The notes beneath the pieces are model-generated. The model searched no databases, was not told where the DNA came from, and saw only the letters and a list, made by a program, of their open reading frames with translations. From NCBI RefSeq assembly GCF_006345805.1, contig NC_043011.1:46884464-46948463 (forward strand): 64,000 nt of DNA, given 5' to 3'. This DNA comes from Octopus sinensis. Taxonomy: Eukaryota. This document shows positions 24,905 through 38,069 of this stretch, piece by piece; position 1 is the stretch's first letter; every line of letters begins with the position of its first letter. Made by a program: the position numbers and the translations under genes.

Positions 24905-25649
24905 ATAAGCACCAGTGATATATTAAGAGTGGCTCAACTCCCTGTAACTTTTCTATTACCAATATTGATCTTATACGAAAGTTGTCTTTGACATCAATGT
25001 TACAGCAGTACCACCAACACCCTCACTATCACCACCATCATCATCATATCATTGCCATTGATATCATCATTACTGTCATCATCATCTCATCACCATCTTC
25101 ATCAATAAAATTAACGTCATTGTTATAACGATCTTTATTGTTATTGTTGCTGTTTTCTTTTTCCTCATTCATCATGTTTCTTCTCAATCGCATTTTAATC
25201 ATGATCACTGTCATCATTATGCTCATTTATATCAATATCTAGCGTAATTCTTTATTCAACAAATGTCATTTCCTCCTACTATTCTCATCCCCTGTCTCTC
25301 TCTCTCCCTCCCTCTCTCTTTCCAAAACACAAGGTCACTGCAGCAGTTAAAACCCAGCCTTAAATGTCAACAACCTTGACAAAACAACAATTGTTGTTAG
25401 TGATTATATATATATATATTGTAATGGCAAAAACAGTTTGATATACTTGCGCACTTGAAGATATCTTTCACACCAGTGCACACACACACATACACACAGA
25501 CACACAGACATGCTCACACACAAGCACACACATCGATTATGAAGAACCAAGCATCTGAAGAATCAAGCAGGTTTTTTTCTCACTGATTCCAAGTAAAAAA
25601 AAAAATGTTAATATAATACAAATACATACATACATACACACATATATAC

Positions 25650-26065
25650 CCTCTTTACTTGTTTCAGTAATTTGACTGCAGCCATGCTGAAGCACCGCCT
25701 TTAGTCGAGCAAATCGACCCCAGGACTTATTCTTTGTAAACCTAGTACTTATTCTATCAGTCTCTTTTGCCGAACTGCTAAGTTACAAGGACATAAACAC
25801 ACCAGCATCAGTTGTCAAGCGATGTTGGGGGCGGGGATAAACACAGACATACAAACATATACTCACATATACATACATATATATATATATATACATATAT
25901 ACGACAGGCTTCTTTCAGTTTCCATCTACCAAATCCATTCACAAGTCTTTGTAGGCCTGAGGCTATAGTAGAAGACACTTGCTCAAGGTGCCACACAGTG
26001 GGACTGAACACTGAACTGTGTGGTTGGTAAGCAAGCTACTTACCACACAGCCACACCTGCACCTA
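25650..26065 (-). mobile_element. SINE-A
   Basis: Full-length consensus. Confidence 0.9.
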
Positions 26066-26170
26066 TATATACAATCACACAAACTCACATACACATATAT
26101 TATTATTCTGTTAGGAGGTACAAGTACTTACGCACAGATGTACACATACCACGGAAAGTTCTGCCTACCA

Positions 26171-26525
26171 AATTCACTCACAAGGCTTTGGTTGGCCTGA
26201 GGCTATAGTAGAATTCACTTGCCCAAGATGCCATGCAGTGGGGCTGAACCTGAAACCATGTGGCTGGGAACAAGTTTTCTAATCACACCGCCAAGCCTGC
26301 ACCTATTCGTGCCTTATTATATTAACAAAGTAATCTAGAATCATAACGAATCCACTCACAAGGCTTTGGTTGGCCTGAGGCTATAGGAGAAGATGCTTGC
26401 CTAAGGTGTCATGCAGTGGGGTTGAACCTGAACCCATGTGGCTGGGAACAAGCTTTCTAATCACTCAGCCAAACCTGCACCTATTCGTGCATTATTATAT
26501 TAACAAAATAATCTAGAATCATAAC
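26171..26525. repeat. 178-bp tandem duplication (SINE-A head plus unique flank)
   Basis: Both units end CCTATTCGTGC..ATTATATTAACAAA.TAATCTAGAATCATAAC. Confidence 0.9.
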
Positions 26526-26990
26526 AGAAGTGAGACAAACACTATTGGTTTTTCAGATACAAAGTTCTGAGTAACAAGATTGTCATAGCCTCTAGATAAG
26601 GTTGCTTGTCATTGGATGGTAAGTAATGACTCAATCTCTTTGGCTGTGTCAATATCAACTGGACCTGACTGCTAGTAGATAGATATTACTGACTGCTAAG
26701 TGCTACTGGATAAGGCTGCTCCTAGATAGTTATGGGGTTAGTAACTGATGCCACGAGGAAGCAAATGTAGCACAACGTGTAAAAGTAGTCTCCTTCATTT
26801 TGATTAGAGATTCCAGTATTAAGTGTAATGTTTAAGCAGCACTGTAGACAAAAGGATTTTGGAGGAATCTGGAAAGGCTAATGGGAGGTATTTAGTCCTG
26901 CTATTGGCAGGGTAAAGAAGAGTCTAGATCTCATGCAAAGGAAAGCCATAAGCCGTTGGTTTATACAGCAAACAGACATACATATGCACT

Positions 26991-27023
<33 letters not shown>

Positions 27024-27063
27024 ATCAAATGAAATAAATGAAAAACAGGACACAAAGGATGTT

Positions 27064-27156
27064 GCGGTACATATGTTTCGGGCTTTATAGAACAACTTAT
27101 TCTTACATCAATGCATAATCGACATAACAGATAGTTCAAAAGCCTTCTTCAGCCGT
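27064..27156 (-). ncRNA. Type I hammerhead motif with extended stem II, intact core
   Basis: Minus strand ACGG-CTGAAGA-a-GGCTTT...AAAGCC-c-GAAAC-ATAT-GTA-CCGC; palindromic stem III ACATATGT. Confidence 0.78.
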
Positions 27157-27842
27157 GTGCAATTGCTACACCAAAGACTTGTATCACATTATAAAAGGTT
27201 TGAGAAAAAACATTTTGTATTGTTTATAATGGTAGGTAAACCGAGAATCATTGGGAAAGTATGTTTGTAAATCTTCATAGGCGTACATATATATACATAT
27301 ATGTGTGTGTGTGTATGTGTGTGTATGATGCTTTAGTAGCATAAACTGAACACATGCCCCTGCAATTTATCATTGTTCTAATGTTAGGAGGAAAACCAGG
27401 TGTGCTTTGCACGGCATTACATCAAATTTGAGTATCATATCATAAACAAATGAGTTACATAACAATCTCTCTCAATCTATCTATCTATCTATCTCTTTAT
27501 TTATCTGTTTGTCTGTCTGTCTCATACATACGCACACACTCCTTTATTTTATCAATCTCTTGTTTACTAAATTGCTGGGTTTATGCCAGTTACATGTCAT
27601 TAGGTTACATGTCATAATTTGAAATTGGTAAGGATAAAGACCCCCTTTGGTCATTAATGAACATGAGATTGCACCAAGAAAGTTACCCTCCAAGACACAA
27701 GTCAGGGACAGGTTGTCTATGGAAGACTATCAGTTGCCCATGGATACCAGCCTCCCCTCTTTACACCACCGATGTTATCCAAGGGAAAGGTGAAGGCTGA
27801 TGCAGCTTGGCACCAGTGATGTTGCAACTAATTTCTACAGAT

Positions 27843-28270
27843 ATAGGCGTAGGAATGGCTGGGTGGTAAGTAGCTTGTTTACCAACCACATGGTTCCGGG
27901 TTCAGTCCCACTGCATGGCACCTTGGACAAGTGTCTTCTATTATAGCCTCGGGCCAACCAAAGCCTTGTGAGTGGATTTGGTAGATGCAAACTGAAAAAA
28001 GCACATAGTATATATGTATATATATGTGCGTATGTGTGTGTGTATGTTTGTGTGTCTGTGTTTGTCCCCCCCCCCAACATCGCTTGACAAACGATGCTGG
28101 TGTGCTGGTGTGTTTACATCCCCTTAACTTAGCAGTTCGACAAAAACAGTTTGATAGAATAAGTACTAGGCTTACAAAGAATAAGTTCTGGGGTCGATTT
28201 GCTCGACTAAAGGCGATGCTCCAGCCATGGCCACAGTCAAATGACTGAAACGAGTAAAGGAGTAAAAGAG
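27843..28270 (+). mobile_element. SINE-A nested in an older minus-strand SINE spanning about 27632-28380
   Basis: Host sequence ...ATTTCTACAG resumes after the insert as ATGAATGAACTGGAGCAA..GTGTCTTGCTCAAG. Confidence 0.8.
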
Positions 28271-28844
28271 ATGAATGAACTGGAGCAATGAAAAAATAAA
28301 GTGTCTTGCTCAAGAATACAACACACAGCCTCGTCCGGTAATTGAATTCACCACCTCATGATAGTGAGCCTGATGCCAGAATAATTTGAATATTGGGAAA
28401 TATAGTTACATAAGGAAACGATGTGGCACTATTAAGGAGAAGACACAAGACATTTATGCTAATGTGTACTATAAAATGCACCATTAATGGTAGCCGTTTA
28501 GATATTTTTAGATATTCAGCTCAGTTTTGGTTAATGTTCTGGTGTCAGGGCAGTATTAATCAAATTTACTTTGCCATTCCACTCATGCTGGATATTGACT
28601 AAACAATATCATGTCAAAGGTCCAGGAATGGCCCATTGTTCTAATTACTGGCCATATACTTTCACAACTATCAGATGATTCTTTTTTAAATTCATGAACA
28701 ACTTTAGTTGTTGTTGTGCAAAATTAACCAAAAATATTCCATTAATAACTGCACTCACTGTAGCACAATGATACACAAACCCACCCCCTCACTCACATTT
28801 GTATTTTATGTTGCTATACAATCTTACGTACATAGATATTTGCT

Positions 28845-28902
28845 TATCTATCTATCTATATATCTATCTATCTATCCATCTTTCCATCCATCTCTCCATC
28901 TC

Positions 28903-28949
<47 letters not shown>

Positions 28950-28994
28950 CTCTACCTCTCTATCTATCTATCTCTCTATCCATCCATCCATCTC

Positions 28995-29033
<39 letters not shown>

Positions 29034-29040
29034 CCCTCTT

Positions 29041-29065
<25 letters not shown>
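28845..29065. repeat. (CTAT)n/(CT)n microsatellite. Other long tracts: (CATA)n about 50760-50975, (TAA)n 19476-19545, 39990-40110 and 48815-48918, and many (TA)n
   Basis: Read directly from the sequence. Confidence 0.95.
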
Positions 29066-29072
<7 letters not shown>

Positions 29073-29724
29073 CACATACATATATACACACATATCTATA
29101 GAAACATATAATGTATATATATATATATTATATATATATATATACACACACAAACATATACATATTTATAAATACATATGCACTCATATATACACATACA
29201 TACATATACATATATAAACACACCCACACACCTACACACACATATGTGTGTGTGTGTGTGTGTATAATGATATTAGATCAGAATCTCTTTCAGCCGTGCT
29301 ATAACTGTAAATGTGTTAGGTGGTGTCCCATAAAGATTTTTGTCTGCATGTTAACTATGTACTTTTGGTCTCTGAAGATTTCTTAGTTAATCATTTATTT
29401 TGAATAAACTACGGAAACTAGATTAAGTACAAGAGTTCATGGAATGTTGACAGGTTCAATTACTATACGGAGCAGAAATTCTAACTTTTTAAGCACTTCC
29501 AATTCCATGGAATGTAGAGAGAGAGAGAGAGAGATGGTGGTATTTGTAAGATCTTGAAGTTGCCAGTGAATGAACAAGGAAGAGGCAGCTGCTCTCTCTT
29601 TGTTCAGCTTCCTTGTTTTTTCTTCTGCTAAATTTGAATGACTTGTAAATTTGGCCAGATAATAAAGCAGTGTTGTGATGTACAGATATGTTCTTCATAA
29701 TAATGATAATAACAATAATAATTA

Positions 29725-29896
29725 TAGGTGCAGGAGTGGCTGTGTGGTAAGTAGTTTGCTTACGAACCACACGGTTCCAGGTTCAGTCCTACTGCATGGC
29801 ATCTTGGGCAAGTGTCTTCTACTATAGCCCCGGGCTGACCAAAGACTTGTGAGTGGATTTGGTAGACAGAAACGGAAAGAAGCCCATCGTATATGT

Positions 29897-29937
<41 letters not shown>

Positions 29938-30172
29938 TGTATATGTATGTATGTGTGTGTATATGTCGTGTATATGTGTTTGTCCCCCCAACATCGCTTG
30001 ACAACCGATGCTGGTGTGTTTAGGTCCCTGTAACTTAGCGGTTCAGCAAAAGAGACCGATAGAATAAGTACTAGGCTTACCAAGAATAAGTCCTGGGGTC
30101 GATTTGATTCGACTAAAGGTGGTGTTCCAGCATGGCCGCAGTCAAATGACTGAAACAAGTAAAAGAGCAAAG
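29725..30172 (+). mobile_element. SINE-A
   Basis: Full-length consensus. Confidence 0.9.
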
Positions 30173-30904
30173 GAGTAATAATAATCGCCGCCACCACTGC
30201 CAAAATCGTCAATGAAACAACAGACTCCTCGGACATTCCAGTTATAGCCATCCTGTCTTTATTGCTTGGCATACAGTCTAAAGGTTTACAGCTAAACATG
30301 CATTCATAGTATTTCTGTTTTAAAATATGCAAGAGCCTTTGCTGATGATGATATGGTTGCTATGGTAAATGAGCACAGAGATTATCTGATGCAACCCATA
30401 TTGCAGAAAAGTCAAGCATGCTGACTGTGCTTTGAATTTGGCCTGCTACAGTATTTAGTCTGACCCCTGAGACAGTTTTATAAAAAACAAAAAAAAAAAT
30501 GAATTATTTTTAAAATTATAAAATATTCTGCAAAGTATATATATTGCTAGCAGGTTTTCAGAGTTGGATCCAACTAGAATCATGATTAATACCAGTTCCA
30601 ATTAGTTAAGGAATCTTTTGTTATCTCAATAAATGGTAAAGATGCTAACAAATCCATAAATGATGTGACTGATTTCTCCTTTCCTCTATCTATACATGCT
30701 GAGTCAATCAAAAGGTTTTTTTCCTTTCAAATTTAGGCACATGTTAGTCAGAATGGACTCTAGCAATATGAATGACATTGAAAGGTCTTGAAATTGCATC
30801 ATGCAAACTTTCTGCCAAACATGGCCTTTTCAGGAACTGAATGCATTCATTTGTACAATTTCTTTCCTACTCCCAATTACTGAACAGAACTGTACACACA
30901 TGCG

Positions 30905-30940
<36 letters not shown>

Positions 30941-30966
30941 GGCACAAGCTTGACTTTGCGTTCTAG

Positions 30967-31071
30967 AGACATTATGTTAAGGGATTATTATTTAACATGG
31001 ATTTCATCTAACCCTATGAGCCAGCTTAATATCTGCCTTAACCTAAAGGTTGTTTATATTAGTGCAGACAT
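30967..31071 (+). CDS. Putative 105-nt symmetric exon, copy 1
   Basis: TTTGCGTTCTAG acceptor, AT|GTAAGC donor; open frame DIMLRDYYLTWISSNPMSQLNICLNLKVVYISAD. Confidence 0.48.
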
Positions 31072-31277
31072 GTAAGCAATCTACTTATTTAAAATATAAT
31101 AAAATAAATTATCATCACATGTTTTAAGTTGTGAAACAATTGTTGTGATGCATGAATTTCCAATGGTTAAATAAATTTTATCATGATATATTTCTCTTAT
31201 CATATATAAACATATAAATTCAAAGAAGGCAGATGGAAGTTGAAGGTTTTGTAACTAACAGGAACAACAATTGAATA

Positions 31278-31379
31278 TTACCTGAAGAAATACAACCGGA
31301 TCCCATTATACAGGTAAACCGGTGCCTAATCAAATTCTTGCATATATGAAGAACTATGTTGTATGGAAACGTATAGTAA
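31278..31379 (+). ncRNA. Decayed hammerhead motif
   Basis: TTAC-CTGAAGA-a-ATACAAC...GTTGTAT-g-GAAAC-GTATA-GTAA. Stem III ACGTAT is explicable as CpG decay of ACGCGT. Confidence 0.58.
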
Positions 31380-31430
31380 CTGAAAAATAACAGTTCAGCA
31401 ATACTCCTTCTTGTTGACTCTATCTTATTC

Positions 31431-31465
<35 letters not shown>

Positions 31466-31632
31466 CACACGACAGGCCTCTTTCAGTTTTCTGTATACCA
31501 ATTTCACTCACAAGGCTTTGGTCAGCCTGAAGCTATAGTAGAAGACACTTGCCCAAAGTGCCATGCAGTGGGACTGACCCCAGGACCATGTGGTTCATAA
31601 GCAAGTTACTTACCATGCAGCCACTCTTGCAC

Positions 31633-31664
<32 letters not shown>

Positions 31665-32340
31665 ATGTATATTCCCCCAAAATTACCAGTCATGTGCCAA
31701 AACTTGAAACCATTATTATTATTATTATTATTATTAGTAGAAGTAGTAGTAGTAGTATTAGTATTAGTAGTAGTAGTAGTAGTAGTAGCAGCAGCAGTAG
31801 CAGCAGTAGTAGCAGCAGTGGCAACAGTAGCAATAGTAGTATGTGGAATATTTTTTCCACACCTGACTCTAAGCCACACCTGATAATTTGCTCTCTGCAT
31901 TACCTTACAGTGCACCACTACTACTTTCATTAATTATGTTAATGAACTTACTGCTGTAGGTGTGTCTATATCATTAGCCTTGTGATAGTTTCAAATACTT
32001 TATACATTTAGCCATTTTGCAGCTCTGTAACACTTGTCACAATGCCAAAGTAGGTATGAAGTACATTGACAGCATGCTTATGTGTTTGTGTCAATGAGTG
32101 TAAGAACACATACACAAGCTGCAACTGTACAAGGGTACACATGGAAAGAATAAGTGTGTGATTGTATGCTTGTGAGATTTTCACCACTTCCTCGTTTGTC
32201 AAGAACAATGGGACAAATTTGAAGACAAAATGTGCAATGTCATCTGATGCACACAAAAGGATTACACACACACACACAAATAAAATTCTTTTTTGATGGG
32301 GCAAATCTCAAAGCCAATAAAACTATAAATAACAGCAAAT

Positions 32341-32620
32341 ATATTCTGTCGTGTCTGGAGAGAGTCATTCTCTTTTTGCGCCTTATTATTTAACACACTC
32401 ACCGGTAAAATTTCCACTTATTTCTTATTTTTATAAAAATAAAAATAAAAATGAAAATAAGAAATAGGTGCAAATTTTACCGGTGAGTGTATTAAATCAT
32501 AAGGCACAAAAAGAGAAAGACTCTCTCCAGACACAACAGAATATGCTTCAACACACGAACTCACATAAAGAATCTTGCAAACCAAATCCAAAAATGAAAT
32601 ATAGTAGCTAGTAAATATTG
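32341..32620. repeat. Fold-back element with 91-bp inverted arms
   Basis: 32341-32431 versus 32454-32544 match at about 90% in inverted orientation around an A-rich spacer; the right arm continues into further element sequence. Confidence 0.8.
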
Positions 32621-32716
32621 GGCTAAAAAAACCCTCTGAATAGAATTGTACACACACAAGCACACACACACACTCACGTACACACACATGGACACAAACT
32701 TGACTTTGCATTCTAG

Positions 32717-32821
32717 AGACATTCTGTTAAGGGATTATAATTTAACATGGATTTCTTCAAACCTTATGAGGCAGCTTAATATCTGCCTTAATTTAAAGGT
32801 TGTTTATATTAGTGCAGACAT
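32717..32821 (+). CDS. Putative 105-nt symmetric exon, copy 2
   Basis: Same splice sites; only open frame is DILLRDYNLTWISSNLMRQLNICLNLKVVYISAD. Confidence 0.48.
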
Positions 32822-32848
32822 GTAAGCAATCTACTTATTTATTTTGTC

Positions 32849-32890
<42 letters not shown>

Positions 32891-32892
32891 TA

Positions 32893-34742
32893 TTAGGGTG
32901 TTTGGAAAGTAATTGCATTTTACTAGAAAAGATATAAAACTGAATGTAAACTATGTTTATCTGTATAGTTGTAATCAAGAATGTAATCACTTCCATTTTT
33001 AATGATTACAGTCAAATGGGAAAGTAACTTTTTTCTGCCATGTTTAAAGGAACCTATTTCGTTTTCTGAAAAAAAACAAAAGGAATATGAATGACTGTTT
33101 TCAACATCCTCTGTTTCCAAATGTTTTGCCTCTTATAAAATGTTCCAGTGATTGGAACAGATGATAACTGTAGGTGCTATGTCAGATGAGTCTGGAGGAT
33201 GTGGAAGAAATTCTCATCCTAATGATCTTATTTTTCCTTCAGTTTGTTTTGAAGAGTGTGGCTGTGCATTGTCATACTGGAGAATAACACTTCTGTTTAC
33301 CAAAGCTGGCCACTTTCGATGACATTTTTCATTTACATCATTAAGTTGTTGGCAATGCATTGATGGACATCTGCTCTGATGTTCCAGTAGCTTGTAACAG
33401 ATGATACCTTTCGTATTCCACCAAACATAGGGCAATAGTCATCTGCATTGAGGGACATCTGCATTGGTGTTCCAGTAGCTTGTAACAGATGATACCTTTC
33501 ATATTCCATCAAACATAGGGCAATAGTCATCTGCATTAAGGGACATCTGCATTGGTGTTCCAGTAGCTTGTAACAGATGATACCTTTCATATTCCACCAA
33601 ACATAGGGCAATAGTCATCTGCATTGAGGGACATCTGCATTGGTGTTCCAGTAGCTTGTAATAGATGATACCGTTCATATTCCACCAAACATAGGGCAAT
33701 AGTCATCTGCATTGAGGGACATCTGCATTGGTGTTCCAGTAGCTTGTAACAGATGATACCTTTCATATTCCACCAAACATAGGGCAATAGTCATCTGCAT
33801 TGAGGGACATCTGCATTGGTGTTCCAGTAGCTTGTAATAGATGATACCTTTCATATTCCACCAAACATAGGGCAATAGTCATCTGCTTTGAGGGACATCT
33901 GCATTGGTGTTCCAGTAGCTTGTAATAGATGATACCTTTCATATTCCACCAAACATAGGGCAATAGTCATCTGCTTTGAGGGACATCTGCACTGGTGTTC
34001 CAGTAGCTTGTAACAGATGATACCTTTCATGCTCCACCAAACACAGGGCAAAGATTTTTGTGGATAGAGTTCTGTTTTTGGTGCTGGCACTGGCCTCTCA
34101 CTATGTGATAACCATTGTCTTTTTAATTTTCTTCTGTGATGCAAAACTCATTTTTCATCATCTGTAACAATGCGCTGCAGAAACGACAGATTGTTATTCC
34201 TAGCTAGAAGACTCTACTGCTGGTGGAATGTTGGGTTTGGCCCCCTTGCCTAAGCTCATGTGTAACTTAAATTCCCTCTTTGTAGGTTTTCCCAGTTTAA
34301 TTGAGATGCTTGTGGATGGTTAAACATGACACATTAAATATTTGCTCTAAATCTCCTGTACTTTGATGTGGATTCAATACATTAGTCTCATTCAGTTGGG
34401 TTATCTTCCAGAGCAAGGCTTGTTAGATATGCGACAATCACCATCTTTAAACCTTTTGAAACCACAGCTGACATGTACGAGCTTTCAAAGTATCCAGATA
34501 CACTTCACAAATATTTATCAATGCTTTTGTAGTGATTCTTTTCTTTTGAAACTCATGCAGAACGGGTGAATATGTTGTTTCATAAAGTTCTTATCCTCCA
34601 TGGAGTTGATCACCAAAACAAGTATGAATGATACACTGCTGGATTGAAGAGATGAGACACTATCTCTAGACAGTTCCCGTCCATTCGACCTTCGTTCTGA
34701 CATGATTGGTGTAAAACTGCAATTACTTTCCAAACACCCTAA
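32893..34742 (-). mobile_element. Mariner DNA transposon, TIR-complete, transposase pseudogenised
   Basis: TIR TTAGGGTGTTTGGAAAGTAATTGCA at 32893 and inverted at 34711-34742; TA at both ends. Minus-strand fragments MEDKNFMKQHIH, KTELYPQKSLPCVWWSMKGII, WPALVNRSVILQYDNAQPH, IIKNGSDYI. Confidence 0.93.
33351..34051. repeat. 88-bp tandem array (8 units) inside the mariner catalytic domain
   Basis: GTTCCAGTAGCTTGTAA recurs at 33381, 33469, 33557, 33645, 33733, 33821, 33909 and 33997. Confidence 0.97.
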
Positions 34743-34794
34743 TACATACATACGTTCATATATATATACACATATATATATATATATATACACA

Positions 34795-34970
34795 CAATAA
34801 TAATAATACATTATTTACATTATTTGCATTATTTACATTTGACGGATATTTGTCCTCATTTTGTTTGTTGGTAACACAGCGTTTTGGCTGATATACCATC
34901 CAGCCTTCATCAGGTGTCTTGAGAAAATTTCGAACCTCAGTTTTCATTCCTAAGGTATTTTTCTATGTTG
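34795..34970 (-). mobile_element. Short HHR-bearing element, copy 2
   Basis: Same architecture as 19270-19475, with a mutated core. Confidence 0.65.
34873..34918 (-). ncRNA. Inactivated hammerhead motif, same family as 19380-19425
   Basis: Minus strand GACAC-CTGATGA-a-GGCTG...CAGCC-AAAAC-GCT-GTGTT; G12A and U16.1C substitutions. Confidence 0.7.
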
Positions 34971-34983
34971 TTGTTGTTGTTGC

Positions 34984-35016
<33 letters not shown>

Positions 35017-36942
35017 CATCATAATATAGTAGAAGATACTTGCCCAAGGTGCCACACAATGGGACTGAACCCAGAACCATGTGATTGGTAAGCAAGCTAC
35101 TTACCACACAGCCGCCCCATGTAAATTATGTGGTAATGCTTCAATGTATGTATGTATACACACCCACACACACATACATACATACATACATAATACATAC
35201 TTTCCAAAAGTTTATCATTTAAATATATATGAGTATGTCTAGATATGCAAATATATGCATGATAATACATACATAAAACATATAAATTTGTACACACACA
35301 CACATATATTTGTATGTATATATCCAGTAAAGATATTTACTTATACACTGAAGTGTCAATCTCGCTATATGTAAATATGTCACTCAAAGAATGTCCATTT
35401 ATTTTACTTCATTAAATATAACTCCAATAGTATTATGATTGCAAACAGGTTTTCAAGATCATTGATTTTTTTTTGTTTTTTGTCAGTCTTATTAGAAAGA
35501 AATACTTTCTGTTACACTGAAGAGATATAGTTTCAAACATTAATATCTTTATCTTTTCTATTTTATTTTATTGTTTATGTTTTTCAGTGATTGGAACAGG
35601 GCCATGCTGGAGCACTGCCTTGAATGGTTTAATGAAACATTTCACTCCTAGTATATATTATACAACAGGCTTCTTTATATATATATATATATATATATAT
35701 CATCATCATCAAATAAATGATAACAGATGATGAATAATTGTCAGTTAGGTGCTAAATACTTACAGAATTGGTTTTCTCTGTGTACACAAGCAGAATATCT
35801 TATTTGATACTTACCAACTATATATACTAACTATATATATACTAACTATATATATACCAACTATATATACTAACTATATATATATATATATACTAACTAC
35901 ATATATCATCCTCCTTTAACATCCGTTTTCCATGCTGGCATGGATTGGATGGTTTGACTTGAGTTGTCAAGCCGGAGAGCTGCAAATACAGTTGGATTTG
36001 GTTTAGCTTTTACAGCCAGCTGCCATTCCTAATGCCAACCACTTTACAATGTGTGTTGGGTGCTTTTAACATGCCATTGGCACATGTGCTTTTATGTGGC
36101 ACCAGCATGAGTACTTTTTATGTGGCACCGACATACACACATATAGATATATATACACACATATACAAACACAGGCTTCACACACAAACATATATAAACA
36201 CACACAACCACATATGCACACACAAAAACGTGTGTGTTTGTGGGTGTGAGTGTGAGGGTTAGCAACAGGAAGGGCCATCCATCTCTAGAATATTTGTCTT
36301 CACAAATCCATCAGAGCCATGTGAACATAAAAAGTGAACATTAAAATGATTATGGCAATGAGAAAGATGATGATGACAACGATGATGATTATGATGATGA
36401 TTGTATGTGTTATTGATAATTGAATAATCAGTTAGATCAAAGGGAAAGCTCATGCTGCTTAATCTGATAATTCACCGAAAACAAGACCAATTTATTGGCT
36501 TCCAAAGAGATTAAGCAAGGAAGGGAAGCTATTATTCTTTTATTCTTTTACTTGTTTCTGTCATTTGACATTGGTCATGCAAGAGCACCACTTTTAGTCA
36601 AACAAATCAACCCCTGGACTTAATCTTTGTAAGCCCAGTACTTATTCTGTCAGTATCATTTGCTGAACCACTAAGTTATGGGGATGTAAACGCAACATCG
36701 GTTGTCAAGCGATGGTGGGGGTACAAACACAGACACACAAATACATACATACATACATACATTCATATATAGTCATTCTACCAAATATATACGTTTTATT
36801 TATTATTTTGCACATTACTTAATCATCGGTATATGTTTTCATCTTATATTTAATTTTTCTATAAGATGTAATTTTTTTCTTAATGGTATAAATTAATTTT
36901 TTCATTGTTGAATTGATAAAAGGTGTTTTTTTTCTAATTTAT

Positions 36943-36976
<34 letters not shown>

Positions 36977-37468
36977 GATGGGCTTCGTTCAGTTTCTGTC
37001 TAGTAAATCCACTCACAAAGCTTTGGTCAGCCTGAGGCTATAGTAGAAGACACTTGCCCAAGGTGCCATGCAGTGATACTGAACCCAGAACCATGTGGTT
37101 TCGAAGCAAGCTTCTTACCACACAGCCTCTTCTATGCCTGTGGTTATTTAATCATGTAAGTTACTAGAAGATCACATAATACGTGTATAAGCATGAAAAT
37201 AGATATATACATATACATGCGCATTGTATATAGATAAGTGCAGGCATGCCTGTGTGGTAAGAAACTTCCTTCACAACCCCATGGTTCTGGGTTCACTCCT
37301 ACTGTGTGGCACTTTGTGTGTGGATTTGGTAGTTGGAAACTGAAAGAAGCCTATTGTGTATATGCATATATATAATATATATATATATATTATATATATC
37401 AATACCTGCACAAGCACGAGTGTATATGTATGCACATATGCAGGTGCATGTATGAATATATATATATA

Positions 37469-37521
<53 letters not shown>

Positions 37522-37530
37522 TATATATAT

Positions 37531-37593
<63 letters not shown>

Positions 37594-37827
37594 CGATGCC
37601 AGGCCCACCTGACTGGCTTCTGTGCTGGTGGCACATAAAAAGCACCCACTATATTCTCGGAGGGGTTGGCGTTAGAAAGGGCATCCAGATGTAGAAACAT
37701 TGCCAGATAAGATTGGAGCTTGGTACGGCCACTGGCTGTCCAGACCTCAGTCAAACCATCCAACCCATGTCAGCATGGACAATGGACGTTAAATGATGAT
37801 GATTATGATGATATATATATATATGTA

Positions 37828-38069
37828 CAGGGTTGGCTAAAATTCACCTGACAGTAAATCAAAAACACCCATTCAATTCCAAGATTAAAACAAAAAATTA
37901 TCTTATATGAGACGTCGCTTATAAATAAACAAACGTTTAAAAAAAAACGGTGATTTTAACTCACCACATTTATTTATTAAATATTCATAATTGGAATGAA
38001 TAAATAAAATTGAATATTAAGTGTTTATAGAATCTTGATTTACTGTCAGGTGACTTTTGGCCAACCCTC
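37828..38069. mobile_element. Tc1/mariner-type MITE
   Basis: About 33-bp TIR CAGGGTTGGCTAAAATTCACCTGACAGTAAATC / GATTTACTGTCAGGTGACTTTTGGCCAACCCT. Confidence 0.82.

Noticed and set aside
26557-26618. Good plus-strand acceptor and GTAAGT donor pair
   Set aside because: Stops in all three frames.
30330-30420. AFADDD reverse-transcriptase-like motif
   Set aside because: Short, with no other RT motifs in frame.
33351-34051. CRISPR-like appearance of the 88-bp and 63-bp arrays
   Set aside because: No unique spacers, eukaryotic context, and the units derive from transposon sequence.
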